The notes under the pieces: model-generated
Databases searched by the model: none
What the model was told of the DNA's origin: nothing
Seen by the model: the letters and a program-made list of their open reading frames with translations, nothing else
Program-made: the position numbers and the translations under genes
NCBI GenBank assembly: GCA_003056145.1
Contig: LSNL01000001.1
Coordinates: 73,351 to 137,350 of the forward strand
Length of the DNA: 64,000 nucleotides
Direction of reading: 5' to 3'
Source of the DNA: Parcubacteria group bacterium M10-OD1-1
GTDB taxonomy: Bacteria; Patescibacteriota; Minisyncoccia; Moranbacterales; UBA2206
Part shown: in pieces, positions 19,046-28,400 of the stretch
Layout of the letters: every line of letters begins with the position of its first letter
Position numbering within the stretch: position 1 is the first letter of the stretch

Positions 19046-20296
19046 ATGACAAATATTTTAGACAAATTAGCAACAGAAGTTGATAAAATTACGGGAGAAA
19101 AAAAGACTAATTCTTTGGTAGTTAAGAAAAGTTCTTCTAGAAAAGAAGAGAATAATTCAGTAATGGAAGAATTAATGCAGGAAAAGGTTTTTCAGTTTCC
19201 TCAAATTGGAGATACAGTAGAAGGTGAAGTTATCGATGTTTCTTCTAATGAAATTTACTTAGATTTAACTCCTTTTGGAACAGGTGTTGTTTTGGGGAAA
19301 GAAATTAAAGATGGATTAGGTACTGGAAAATTAAAAATAGGTGATAAAGCTATTGCGACCATAACTGATTTAGAAAATGAGGATGGCTATATTGAACTTT
19401 CTATTAGAGAAGCTTCTTACGAAAAAGCTTGGGATAATATTGAAAGTAAAAAGGATACTCAAGATAAAGTAGAGATTAAAGTCCTTAGCGCTAATAAGGG
19501 AGGTCTATTAGTAGAAGTTAATGGTATTTCAGGATTTTTGCCTGTTTCTCAGCTTTCCAGTAAGAATTATCCAAGAGTAGAAGATGGAGATAAAAATAAA
19601 ATTCTCAATTTACTTAAAAAACTAGTTGGTCAAGAATTAGAAGTACGAATAATTGATGCTGATCGAGAAACAGAGAAATTGATCGTAAGTGAAAAAGCTG
19701 CTCAAAGCGAGAGAGATAAGGAAATCATTTCTTCTCTTAAAGTTGGCGATGTTATTGAGGGAGAAGCTAGTGGAGTGGTTGACTTTGGAGCTTTTGTAAA
19801 GTTCTCTTTAAATACAGAAGATGGAAAAGACGAAAGAAAACTAGAAGGATTGGTTCATATTTCAGAATTAGCTTGGCAGCTTATTGAAGATCCACGAAGC
19901 ATTATTAAGGTAGGTGATAAAGTTAAAGCTAAAATTATTGGTATTGATAATGATAAGATTTCTCTTTCTATTCGAGCACTTTTGACTGATCCATGGTCTA
20001 AGATTGATAAAAAATATAAAATAGGAGATATTGTTAAGGGAACAGTTAATAAAATCAATCATTTCGGAGCCTTCGTTTATTTAGATCAGGATATTCATGG
20101 CTTAGCTCATATCAGTGAAATGTCAGAGGCCTTTCCGGGGAAGAACTTAGAGGAAATTATAAAAATTGGAGAAATCTATAATTGGAGAATTCTTTCTATA
20201 GAAGCTAAGAACCATAGAATGGGATTAGTTTTAGCGACTAAGAAAGAAGAAACTCAAGCAGAAAATAAAGGAAAAACTACTCAAGAAGAAAAATAA
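19046..20296 (+). CDS. rpsA: 30S ribosomal protein S1 with multiple S1 domains
   Basis: Repeated S1 OB-fold motifs (GDTVEGEVIDV…, VGDVIEGEASGVVDFGAFVKF, IGDIVKGTVNKINHFGAFVYL). Confidence 0.8.
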   Translation: MTNILDKLATEVDKITGEKKTNSLVVKKSSSRKEENNSVMEELMQEKVFQFPQIGDTVEGEVIDVSSNEIYLDLTPFGTGVVLGKEIKDGLGTGKLKIGDKAIATITDLENEDGYIELSIREASYEKAWDNIESKKDTQDKVEIKVLSANKGGLLVEVNGISGFLPVSQLSSKNYPRVEDGDKNKILNLLKKLVGQELEVRIIDADRETEKLIVSEKAAQSERDKEIISSLKVGDVIEGEASGVVDFGAFVKFSLNTEDGKDERKLEGLVHISELAWQLIEDPRSIIKVGDKVKAKIIGIDNDKISLSIRALLTDPWSKIDKKYKIGDIVKGTVNKINHFGAFVYLDQDIHGLAHISEMSEAFPGKNLEEIIKIGEIYNWRILSIEAKNHRMGLVLATKKEETQAENKGKTTQEEK

Positions 20297-20371
20297 ATTG
20301 AGGAAAAAATAGAAAAAACAGACAAACTTAGCAATAAAGAAAAGGATGTTAGAATAAAATTTGGAAATTAA

Positions 20372-20398
20372 AAAGCTGAAAATGGAAAATTTTCAGCT
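20372..20398 (-). terminator. Hairpin terminator candidate for the minus-strand gene 20454-20786
   Basis: aagctgaaaat-ggaaa-attttcagctt. On the minus strand it is followed by T-rich sequence. Confidence 0.4.
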
Positions 20399-20453
20399 TA
20401 AGAAGTTTAAAAACAAATAAAATAAAAATAGGTTAAATTTTAAAAAGTTAAGT

Positions 20454-20786
20454 TTAATTAAAATTTTTAGCTTGTTTTTTAGAAATAACATTAGCAATAG
20501 ATTTGATAAGGAACTTGTCATAACCAGTTTTCTTGGAAAGATTAAGAATAGAGTTTTCGGAAATTCCTGTAAAACATTTTTCAATGTTCATAAGAGAGGT
20601 TATCTTTTGGGCTAATTCAGTATTGTCTTCAACTTCTTGCTTGGCTTTAGCTACAACTTTTTGTTGATTTTCAGTTAGGCTGGTAGCAAAAGTTTCTAGT
20701 TTCTTTTCTAATTGAGCTACTCGCTTTTCTGGTTCCGATAGTCCTCTAAGAGCATTGAGAGCTCCATTTTCAATTCCTTTTCCCAT
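20454..20786 (-). CDS. Hypothetical protein
   Basis: 110-aa ORF, coiled-coil-like N-terminus, no family recognised. Confidence 0.3.
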   Translation of the reverse strand: MGKGIENGALNALRGLSEPEKRVAQLEKKLETFATSLTENQQKVVAKAKQEVEDNTELAQKITSLMNIEKCFTGISENSILNLSKKTGYDKFLIKSIANVISKKQAKNFN

Positions 20787-20878
20787 AATTTTAAAATTAT
20801 TATTTTATACAGTATAACAGAAAAAATAAAAAAATAAAAGTTTGTAATTAAAACAGCAATAAATTAAAGGGAAATAAT

Positions 20879-21436
20879 ATGATTATTACAATTACTGGTG
20901 ATCCTGGTTCAGGAAAAAGTACAATCGGGAAAAAACTAGCTCAAAAATTAAATTATCAACATTATTATATTGGTCAAATCCGCCGAGATACAGCTAGGAA
21001 AATGGGAATGACCTTAGCTGAATATAATAAATATGGCGAAACTCATCCAGAAACAGACTCAAGAGTTGATGAATATCAAAAAAAATTAGGGCAAGAGAAG
21101 GATAATTTTGTTATTGAAGGAAGGACGAGTTGGTTTTTAATTCCCCAATCACTAAAATTATATATTGCAGTTAATTCTTTAGAGGGAGCCAAAAGGGTTT
21201 TTAAAGAATTACAACTAGATAATCAACGCAACGAAGATAATAATTTGAAAACAGTGGAAGCAGTTTTAATTAGTCATAAAAAGAGAGAAGAAAGCGATAA
21301 ACTACGTTATCAAAAATATTATCAAAAAGATTGCGCAGATAAAAATAATTTCGATTTAGTTATTGATACGACCGAGCTAACACCGGAAGAAGCTTTTGCA
21401 AAAGTTTGGGAATTTATAAAGAGACTAAAATTTTAG
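20879..21436 (+). CDS. Cytidylate-kinase-family P-loop kinase (archaeal-type CMP kinase-like)
   Basis: N-terminal MIITITGDPGSGKSTIGKKLAQKL P-loop. Size and layout fit COG1102-type (d)CMP kinases. Confidence 0.6.
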   Translation: MIITITGDPGSGKSTIGKKLAQKLNYQHYYIGQIRRDTARKMGMTLAEYNKYGETHPETDSRVDEYQKKLGQEKDNFVIEGRTSWFLIPQSLKLYIAVNSLEGAKRVFKELQLDNQRNEDNNLKTVEAVLISHKKREESDKLRYQKYYQKDCADKNNFDLVIDTTELTPEEAFAKVWEFIKRLKF

Positions 21437-21494
21437 GAGGAAACAAACTAAAGCTATTTTAGTTATAGAAATAATAGCTCAAAGCTGAATTCTT

Positions 21495-22478
21495 ATGAAT
21501 AAAATAATTAAAAAAGTTCAGAATTTTTCTTTTCAATATGACCTTTTTCGAGAAAAGGATAAAATTATTATAGCTGTTTCTGGTGGTCCTGATAGTGTTT
21601 GTCTTCTGGATATTTTTTTTCAACTTCAAAAAAAATATAAATTAGAATTGATAGTTGCTCATATCAATTATTCTTTGCGAGGAGAAGACAGTCAAAAGGA
21701 TGAGGCGTTAGTTGTTCAATTAGCTAAAAAATATCGGTTAAAAATTGAAATTTTACGCCCTTTGATTAAAAAAACGAGTCATTCAGAAAACTATTTACGA
21801 GAAATTCGTTATGATTTTTTTGAAAAAATAAGAAAAGAAAACAAGTTTAATAAAGTAGCAGTGGCTCATAATTTAGATGATCAAGCAGAAACTTTTTTGA
21901 TGCGGACTATTCGGGGAGCTGGGTTATTAGGTCTTTCAGCGATGCAATTTAAAAATAAATATTTAATCAGACCATTATTAGGTATAGAAAGAAAAGAAAT
22001 CGTAGAATATTTAAAAGAACATCATTTAAAATGGAGGATTGATAAAACAAACCTGGAGTCAGTTTTTTTGAGAAATAAAATTAGAAATAAATTGATACCT
22101 TTATTAGAAGAAAATTTTAATCCTCAGATTAAGAAAACAATTTTTCAAGCTACTAGATCTATTGCAGGAGATTATTCCTTCATAAACAAAAAAGCAGAAG
22201 AAGTTTTTCAAAAAAACCATTCTTTTGAAATTGAAAAATTAAGGAAATTGCCAGGGGCTTTGTTAAAAAGAATTATTTTAAAATTAATTGAAAAAGAAAA
22301 AGGTTCATTGCAAAATGTAGAATATGCCCAAATTGAAGAAATTATAAAAATTATTAAGAGTACTAAAAATAAATCTCAAGTTATGCTATTATTAGGTTTG
22401 AGAATCAGAAGAAAAAATGGTAAACTAACGATAGAAAAAATAAGAGCTAAAAAAGTTGATAAAAATAAGGAAAATTAA
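21495..22478 (+). CDS. tilS: tRNA(Ile)-lysidine synthetase
   Basis: PP-loop SGGPDS in IIIAVSGGPDSVCLL. Conserved tilS-ftsH neighbourhood. Confidence 0.8.
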   Translation: MNKIIKKVQNFSFQYDLFREKDKIIIAVSGGPDSVCLLDIFFQLQKKYKLELIVAHINYSLRGEDSQKDEALVVQLAKKYRLKIEILRPLIKKTSHSENYLREIRYDFFEKIRKENKFNKVAVAHNLDDQAETFLMRTIRGAGLLGLSAMQFKNKYLIRPLLGIERKEIVEYLKEHHLKWRIDKTNLESVFLRNKIRNKLIPLLEENFNPQIKKTIFQATRSIAGDYSFINKKAEEVFQKNHSFEIEKLRKLPGALLKRIILKLIEKEKGSLQNVEYAQIEEIIKIIKSTKNKSQVMLLLGLRIRRKNGKLTIEKIRAKKVDKNKEN

Positions 22479-22550
22479 CTTTAAAAAATCTAAATTTATA
22501 AATTAATTATTAGCTGTTTTGCGATTAAGTATAGAAGCTATGCTTAATTC

Positions 22551-24518
22551 GTGAATAGTATTCATTTCATGCAAAAATTATTCAAAAATATTACTGTTGT
22601 TATTGTAATCTTTCTTTTAATTTCAGGTTTATTTGTACTTTATGGAAAACCAGAAAAAGCTCCTAAAAAAGTTTCATTGTCTTTTTTAGTTCAGCAAGTT
22701 AATGACAATAAAGTTCAAGAGATTAAAGTAGATAATAATAACTTGAAAATTGTCTTAAAGAATGGAGTTAAAGAAAAATCAACTAAGGAAAAAAGTTCTG
22801 GAATAGTAGAAACTTTAAAAAATTATGGAGTAAATAGTCAAAAATTGCAAGCGGTTAATATTAATGTTCAAGGAGAATCAGGACTAAATTTTTGGTTAGG
22901 AACTATTTTACCATTTTTATTACCATTTCTATTAATAGGCGCTTTTATTTGGTTTATGATGAAACAGGCTCAACGAGGAAATAGCCAAGCTCTTTCTTTC
23001 GGGGCTTCACGAGCCAGAATGACTGATCCTAAAGATAAAAATAAAAAAGTTACTTTTAAAAATGTGGCAGGAGCTAAAGAAGCTAAAGAAGAATTAAACG
23101 AGATTGTAGAATTTTTAAAAAGTCCCAAGAAATTTTTAGATTTAGGAGCTAAAATTCCTAAAGGAGTTTTACTTTTAGGCTCTCCTGGGACTGGAAAAAC
23201 TTTAATTTCAAAAGCTGTAGCAGGAGAAGCTAATGTACCATTTTTTAATATTTCTGGTTCAGAATTTGTGGAAATGTTTGTTGGAGTGGGTGCTTCAAGA
23301 GTAAGAGATCTTTTCAAACAAGCTAAGAAAAACTCTCCAGCTATAATTTTTATTGATGAAATTGATGCTGTTGGAAGACATCGAGGTGCAGGTCTCGGAG
23401 GCGGACACGACGAGAGAGAGCAAACCCTTAATCAAATTCTTGTAGAAATGGACGGTTTTGATACTAAGACAAATGTAATCATTATCGCAGCAACTAATAG
23501 ACCAGATGTTTTAGATCCAGCTCTCCTTCGTCCAGGACGATTTGATAGAAGAGTAACAATGGACTTACCAGATATAGAAGAAAGAGAGGCGATTTTAAAA
23601 TTACACGCTCAGGGTAAACCTTTAACAGTGGAAGTTAAATTAAGAAAAATTGCTCAAAGAACTCCTGGATTTTCAGGAGCGGATTTAGCTAATTTGCTTA
23701 ATGAAGCGGCGATTTTATCAGCTAGGAGAAATAAAAAAGATATCTCCATGAATGAATTAACAGAATCTATTGAGAAAGTTATTCTAGGGCCAGAAAGAAA
23801 AAGTAGAATTATTGATAAGGAAGAACAAAATATTATTGCTTATCATGAAGCAGGACATGCTTTGTTGGCAGCTACTTTAAAAAATGCTGATCCAGTTCAA
23901 AAGGTTTCTATTATTTCTCGTGGTCATGCTGGAGGTTATACTTTCAGTGTTCCAACTAAAGATAAATCTTTACATTCAAGGGATTATTTTATTGATGAAC
24001 TGTCAGTTCTTTTGGGTGGATATGTTAGTGAACAATTAATTTTTGGAACGGTTACAACCGGAGCTTCAAATGATTTAGATAGAGCAACTACGATGGCCAG
24101 AAATTTAGTTACTCGTTATGGTATGAGTGAATTGGGTCCGAGAACTTTTGGACATAAAGCCGAAACTGTTTTTCTAGGAAAAGAAATTCAAGAAGAAAGG
24201 AATTACTCAGAAAAAACCGCTGAAGATATTGATAAACAAGTGACTAAGTTTATTCAAGGAGCTTATCAAACTACAGAAAATATTCTTAAAGAAAAAAAAG
24301 AAATTTTAGAAAAAATAACTCAAACTTTATTAGAAAAAGAAACCTTAGAACAAGAAGAATTTAATCAAATAGTAGGAATTATCAGTAAATCAGAAAAAGA
24401 AACTGTTTTAGAAAAAGCTACTAATGAAAAAACTTCTTCAACTGAAACAATTAAAGAAGCAGAAGAAACTAAAGAAACAGAAGAAAATACTGTTAGTGTC
24501 AAAACAAAAGCTGATTAA
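22551..24518 (+). CDS. ftsH: ATP-dependent zinc metalloprotease FtsH
   Basis: AAA Walker A GSPGTGKT, second region of homology, zinc motif HEAGHAL, N-terminal TM pair, acidic tail. Confidence 0.9.
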   Translation: MNSIHFMQKLFKNITVVIVIFLLISGLFVLYGKPEKAPKKVSLSFLVQQVNDNKVQEIKVDNNNLKIVLKNGVKEKSTKEKSSGIVETLKNYGVNSQKLQAVNINVQGESGLNFWLGTILPFLLPFLLIGAFIWFMMKQAQRGNSQALSFGASRARMTDPKDKNKKVTFKNVAGAKEAKEELNEIVEFLKSPKKFLDLGAKIPKGVLLLGSPGTGKTLISKAVAGEANVPFFNISGSEFVEMFVGVGASRVRDLFKQAKKNSPAIIFIDEIDAVGRHRGAGLGGGHDEREQTLNQILVEMDGFDTKTNVIIIAATNRPDVLDPALLRPGRFDRRVTMDLPDIEEREAILKLHAQGKPLTVEVKLRKIAQRTPGFSGADLANLLNEAAILSARRNKKDISMNELTESIEKVILGPERKSRIIDKEEQNIIAYHEAGHALLAATLKNADPVQKVSIISRGHAGGYTFSVPTKDKSLHSRDYFIDELSVLLGGYVSEQLIFGTVTTGASNDLDRATTMARNLVTRYGMSELGPRTFGHKAETVFLGKEIQEERNYSEKTAEDIDKQVTKFIQGAYQTTENILKEKKEILEKITQTLLEKETLEQEEFNQIVGIISKSEKETVLEKATNEKTSSTETIKEAEETKETEENTVSVKTKAD

Positions 24519-24543
24519 AAATGTTAATTAATATAATAAAAAT

Positions 24544-25521
24544 ATGAAAAAAAATCTTAAAGAAATCTCTTATTGGGAGATTTTCAAGAAAGCAGGAAAA
24601 CTAACTTGGGAAAACCATTATTTATGGTGGTTTGGTTTTCTTGTGGCTCTTTCAGCTGTTATCAATTTTAATTTTTATTCTCAGCATCAAGAAAAGATAG
24701 AATATTTATTAACTGGAGGGCATTCTCTTTTTTCCCGTCTTTCGGACGTAGGAGCGACTGGTCTAACTATTCTTTTAATAATTTTTTTGGTATTAGTTAT
24801 TCTGGGAATTATTGGTAGGGGAGCTTTAATTAGTTCGCTTAATAAACTTAATCAAGGAAAATTCTTTAATTTTAAATTAGGATTTAAAGAGGGTAAAAAG
24901 TATTTTTGGAAAATCTTTTGGATAGCATTTTTGGTTACTTTAAGTGTTTCGATAGTGATTATGATAATGATAATTCCAGTAGTATTATTATTTTTTAATC
25001 AGGCTTATTTAATGGGTAGTATAATGGCATTTTTAGCTTTTTCGGTTATTATTCTAGTATCAATTTTGGCTATTTTTATTAGAATTTATGGTTACTTATA
25101 TACTATTTTAGGGGAACTAAATTTTTGGGAAGCTATCAATAATGCTTATAATTTATTTAGAAAAAATCTAGCTGTTAGCTTAATAATGGGCTTATTATTT
25201 TTAGGAATTACTATTTTATGGATAATAGGTTTGATGTTATTTTTGGTTCCAATAGTTTTTATATTTTTTGGCTTTAGCTCGGTTCTATTCTTGATTATTG
25301 GGAAAATAGGAATGTGGATTTCTTTTCTAGTAGGAGGCGGTAGTTTAATAGCCATAATGTTATTTTTTAGGAGTCTTTATGCGGTTTTTGTTCAAACGGC
25401 TTGGATTTTATTGTTTCAGGAAATAGCTAAACCAGAAGAAGAGATAATGAATAATGAATTAGAAACGGAGTTCGGTTCTCTAGATAAATCTACAGCAGCA
25501 GTTACTTCAATGGAAAAATAA
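24544..25521 (+). CDS. Hypothetical polytopic membrane protein
   Basis: 325 aa with ~7 hydrophobic segments. No recognisable motif. Confidence 0.35.
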   Translation: MKKNLKEISYWEIFKKAGKLTWENHYLWWFGFLVALSAVINFNFYSQHQEKIEYLLTGGHSLFSRLSDVGATGLTILLIIFLVLVILGIIGRGALISSLNKLNQGKFFNFKLGFKEGKKYFWKIFWIAFLVTLSVSIVIMIMIIPVVLLFFNQAYLMGSIMAFLAFSVIILVSILAIFIRIYGYLYTILGELNFWEAINNAYNLFRKNLAVSLIMGLLFLGITILWIIGLMLFLVPIVFIFFGFSSVLFLIIGKIGMWISFLVGGGSLIAIMLFFRSLYAVFVQTAWILLFQEIAKPEEEIMNNELETEFGSLDKSTAAVTSMEK

Positions 25522-25716
25522 AGAATTATTAGTAGCTATTTATTCGCAAAAAACTGTTTCTGAAAAAGAAACAGTTTTTGTTTTAACAACTAAAATGTTC
25601 AAGTGAAAAGTGTTAAACCTTAAAAACAATTAATGAAATAAAATTATTTAAGCTTGTTCTAATTAATTTTAAGTAAAAACTTAAAATATAATCAGTAAGC
25701 TAGTTAGAGATATTAG

Positions 25717-25788
25717 TGGGACCAGCAGGATTCGAACCTGCGACCAAGCGATTATGAGTCGCCTGCTCTACCGCTGAGCTATGGTCCC
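25717..25788 (-). tRNA. tRNA with CAT anticodon (elongator Met or lysidine-modified Ile2)
   Basis: Reverse complement GGGACCATAGCTCAGCGGTAGAGCA-GGCGA-CTCATAA-TCGCT…GCAGGTTCGAATCCTGC-TGGTCCC-A. The G1-C72 pair and lack of GGG/CCC in the anticodon stem argue against an initiator. Confidence 0.7.
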
Positions 25789-25799
25789 TTATATTCTAG

Positions 25800-25873
25800 T
25801 GGGCGTATCCCGACTCGAACGGGAGACCTCTTCCATGTCAAGGAAACGCTCTAACCAACTGAGCTATACGCCC
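25800..25873 (-). tRNA. tRNA-Val (GAC)
   Basis: Reverse complement GGGCGTATAGCTCAGTTGGTTAGAGCG-TTTCC-TTGACAT-GGAAG…CCCGTTCGAGTCGGG-ATACGCCC-A. Confidence 0.75.
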
Positions 25874-25971
25874 GACAAAGGATAACTATCAAGGTAAACT
25901 AACCTATGGAATAAATATTCCAATATCTTTAATACTATTTGAAAAATAGGATTTGGTCAACACAAATTAAA

Positions 25972-26931
25972 TTAGGATAAGGACTGAGTTTTAGAATGAA
26001 AAGTTTTATGAATTTCTTTAAGGCGAAGATTAGTTAAATGAGTATAAATTTGAGTTGTAGTGATAGAGGAATGTCCTAGCATTTCTTGAACACTTCTAAT
26101 ATCAGCTCCATTAAGTAATAAATCAGTAGCAAAAGAATGACGCAAAGTGTGCGGATGAACATTTTTAATAACGCCAGCTTTAGCAGCATAGTATTTAACT
26201 ATTCGTTGAATTGAACGAGGAGATAGTCGTAAATTAGCTGAAGAATTATTTTTTGGAGAAAGTTTTTTTGAGGAGGCAAATTTTTTTAATCCTTTTGTAT
26301 CTCTAATGAAAAGGGCAGGGTCAAGATCATTTCTTTTTTGAAGATAATTTGTAACAGCTTGAGTGGCAGTTTGAGAAACAAAAACGACTCTAATTTTACT
26401 TCCCTTGCCACGAATACTCAACTCGCCATGGCATTTATCAATTTTATCTCTATTAATGCTAATTAATTCGGAAACCCGAAGCCCAGTAGAGAATAGTAAT
26501 TCTAAAATAGCTCTGTCTCGAAGACTTTTAAAACTAGATCCAGAAGCTGAATTTAATATTCTTTTAACTTCGGTGGTTTCTAAAAAATCAATAGCTCTTT
26601 CGGGGACTTTTCCAATTTCAACTTTTTCAGCGGGGAGAGTGGAAACATTTTGTTTAGCTAAATATTTTAAAAAACTACGAATAGCAATTATATAATAGGT
26701 TTGAGTACTCTTTTTTAAGTATTCCTTTCTTTGATTTTTCTGATGATTAAGATAAAGGCGAAAATTTCTTAATAAATTATCATTAATCTCTTTGGCTTGA
26801 GTAATTTTAGCCCAATTAAAAAATTTTTCTAAATAACGATTATAATTTTCAATAGTTTTTGGGGAATGACCTTTTTCAATTTCTAGATATTCTAAAAATT
26901 GTTTTTTAAATTGCTGAATGTTCATAGGCAA
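25972..26931 (-). CDS. Tyrosine site-specific recombinase, XerC/XerD family
   Basis: C-terminal catalytic box HTLRHSFATDLLLNGADIRSVQEMLGHSSITTTQIYTHL and Xer-like N-terminal core-binding domain. Carries a ~25-aa K/S-rich insertion. Confidence 0.8.
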   Translation of the reverse strand: MPMNIQQFKKQFLEYLEIEKGHSPKTIENYNRYLEKFFNWAKITQAKEINDNLLRNFRLYLNHQKNQRKEYLKKSTQTYYIIAIRSFLKYLAKQNVSTLPAEKVEIGKVPERAIDFLETTEVKRILNSASGSSFKSLRDRAILELLFSTGLRVSELISINRDKIDKCHGELSIRGKGSKIRVVFVSQTATQAVTNYLQKRNDLDPALFIRDTKGLKKFASSKKLSPKNNSSANLRLSPRSIQRIVKYYAAKAGVIKNVHPHTLRHSFATDLLLNGADIRSVQEMLGHSSITTTQIYTHLTNLRLKEIHKTFHSKTQSLS

Positions 26932-27028
26932 ATTATTTTTTATCCTAAACTAATTATTATTTTAGCATTTTTCTAAAAAACAAAAAAGTAGGTTATTTTT
27001 ATTTGTAATTAACAGGCTTCATTTCTTA

Positions 27029-27057
27029 TTGACAAAAAAACAGGTATCCTATATACT
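27029..27057 (+). promoter_or_regulatory. Sigma70-like promoter for the LysM-CHAP gene
   Basis: TTGACA, 17-bp spacer, TATACT, ~45 bp upstream of the start codon. Confidence 0.5.
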
Positions 27058-27103
27058 ACTTTTAGATAAAAATTAGAGTTTTGGACGATGAAATCATTGA
27101 GAT

Positions 27104-28321
27104 TTGATTTTTAAGAAAATGATTTTTTACGGCAAAACTAAAAGAAAGGCTAACACTATTAGTAAACTAGTAAACAAAGGTTTATTGAAGCGTGATAAGT
27201 TGATAAATCTTAAGCATAAGATTTATTACCAACAAAAAAGAATAGTAGAATTTATTAAAGAACATCGGACGATTAAAGTCTTGTTTGTTTTTAGGCATTA
27301 TTCGGCTTTAATTGTGGTTATTTCTAGTGCTCTTCTTGTTTCTGCTACTAACTTTACCGCCGGGCGACAGTCAAGTGGTTTTTTATTTGGCTATTTTGGA
27401 GCGACAGAAAATTACGAAAATCCTCTCAAAGATAGACTCTTTCTTCAGACAGTTAAAATTACTAATGTTGCTCTAGCTCCTTTAGCAGAGGCTAAAACTC
27501 TTCCTGATCCAGAAGATAATAATAAACAAGATAATCAACCAATGTTAATTCAGGGGCAAGCTTTAGTGGCAGGGACTAGCCCAATCAGAAGAGATCCCGA
27601 AGAAGATGGTGGTGTTATTATTCATAAAGTTAAAAAAGGAGAAACAATTAGTTCTATCGCAGCTAAATATCATATAACTATTAATACTATTCTTTGGGCT
27701 AATGAAATTGAGAATGTTGATTCTATTATGCCAGGAGATAAAATATTTATTTTACCAGTTTCTGGTTTGACTTATATTATAAAAAAGAATGATACAATTG
27801 ATAGTATTGCTAAAAAATATAAAGCTCAAAGGGATAAAATAATTACTTTTAATGATTTACCAGCTAATGGTAAAATAAAGGTAGGGGAAAAAATTGTTAT
27901 TCCTGATGGCAGGAAAGCTATTCCTCAACGTAATAAAGTTTCTTCCTTTGGAATTAGAACTAGAACGTATGAATCTTTCAATAGTCGAGGTAAGTTATTA
28001 AAAGGGAAAGCAGGAACTGGTCATCGTTTCCCGTATGGTTATTGTACTTGGTATGTAGCACAAAAAAAATATATTCCTTGGAGTGGTAATGCTGGAACTT
28101 GGTTATATCATGCTAGGTCTTATGGTTATGCGACTGGTAAAAAACCGAGAGTTGGTGCGATTATGGTTTCTTCTCAGTCTTGGTGGGGGCATGTAGCAGT
28201 AGTAGAAAGAGTTAGAGGTCATAAAGTAACTGTTTCGGAAATGAATTATCGTGGATGGGCCAAGAAAGATTATCGGACTTATGATGATAGATCTAGAATA
28301 GTTAAAGGTTATATTTATTAA
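27104..28321 (+). CDS. Peptidoglycan hydrolase: N-terminal TM, LysM repeats, C-terminal CHAP domain
   Basis: LysM-like repeats (IHKVKKGETISSIAAKY, YIIKKNDTIDSIAKKY). CHAP Cys/His region CTWYVAQKK…GAIMVSSQSWWGHVAVVERV. Confidence 0.7.
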   Translation: MIFKKMIFYGKTKRKANTISKLVNKGLLKRDKLINLKHKIYYQQKRIVEFIKEHRTIKVLFVFRHYSALIVVISSALLVSATNFTAGRQSSGFLFGYFGATENYENPLKDRLFLQTVKITNVALAPLAEAKTLPDPEDNNKQDNQPMLIQGQALVAGTSPIRRDPEEDGGVIIHKVKKGETISSIAAKYHITINTILWANEIENVDSIMPGDKIFILPVSGLTYIIKKNDTIDSIAKKYKAQRDKIITFNDLPANGKIKVGEKIVIPDGRKAIPQRNKVSSFGIRTRTYESFNSRGKLLKGKAGTGHRFPYGYCTWYVAQKKYIPWSGNAGTWLYHARSYGYATGKKPRVGAIMVSSQSWWGHVAVVERVRGHKVTVSEMNYRGWAKKDYRTYDDRSRIVKGYIY

Positions 28322-28342
28322 TATTTTTTAACCTGATCACTT

Positions 28343-28370
28343 AAAAACTCTGCTTAACAGCAGAGTTTTT
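28343..28370. terminator. Bidirectional intrinsic terminator
   Basis: aaaactctgct-taac-agcagagtttt with A-run and T-run flanks, between the convergent genes. Confidence 0.65.
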
Positions 28371-28400
28371 AAATTATTTAAGATAAGAATTAAAAAATGT

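Noticed and set aside
20372-20398. Riboswitch or attenuator downstream of rpsA
   Set aside because: A single simple hairpin. It is better explained as the terminator of the convergent minus-strand gene.
25972-26931. Phage integrase marking a prophage next to the tRNA-Met/tRNA-Val pair
   Set aside because: The N-terminal core-binding domain and size match chromosomal XerC/XerD. Flanking genes are housekeeping (LysM-CHAP hydrolase, pcrA), and no phage structural genes are present.
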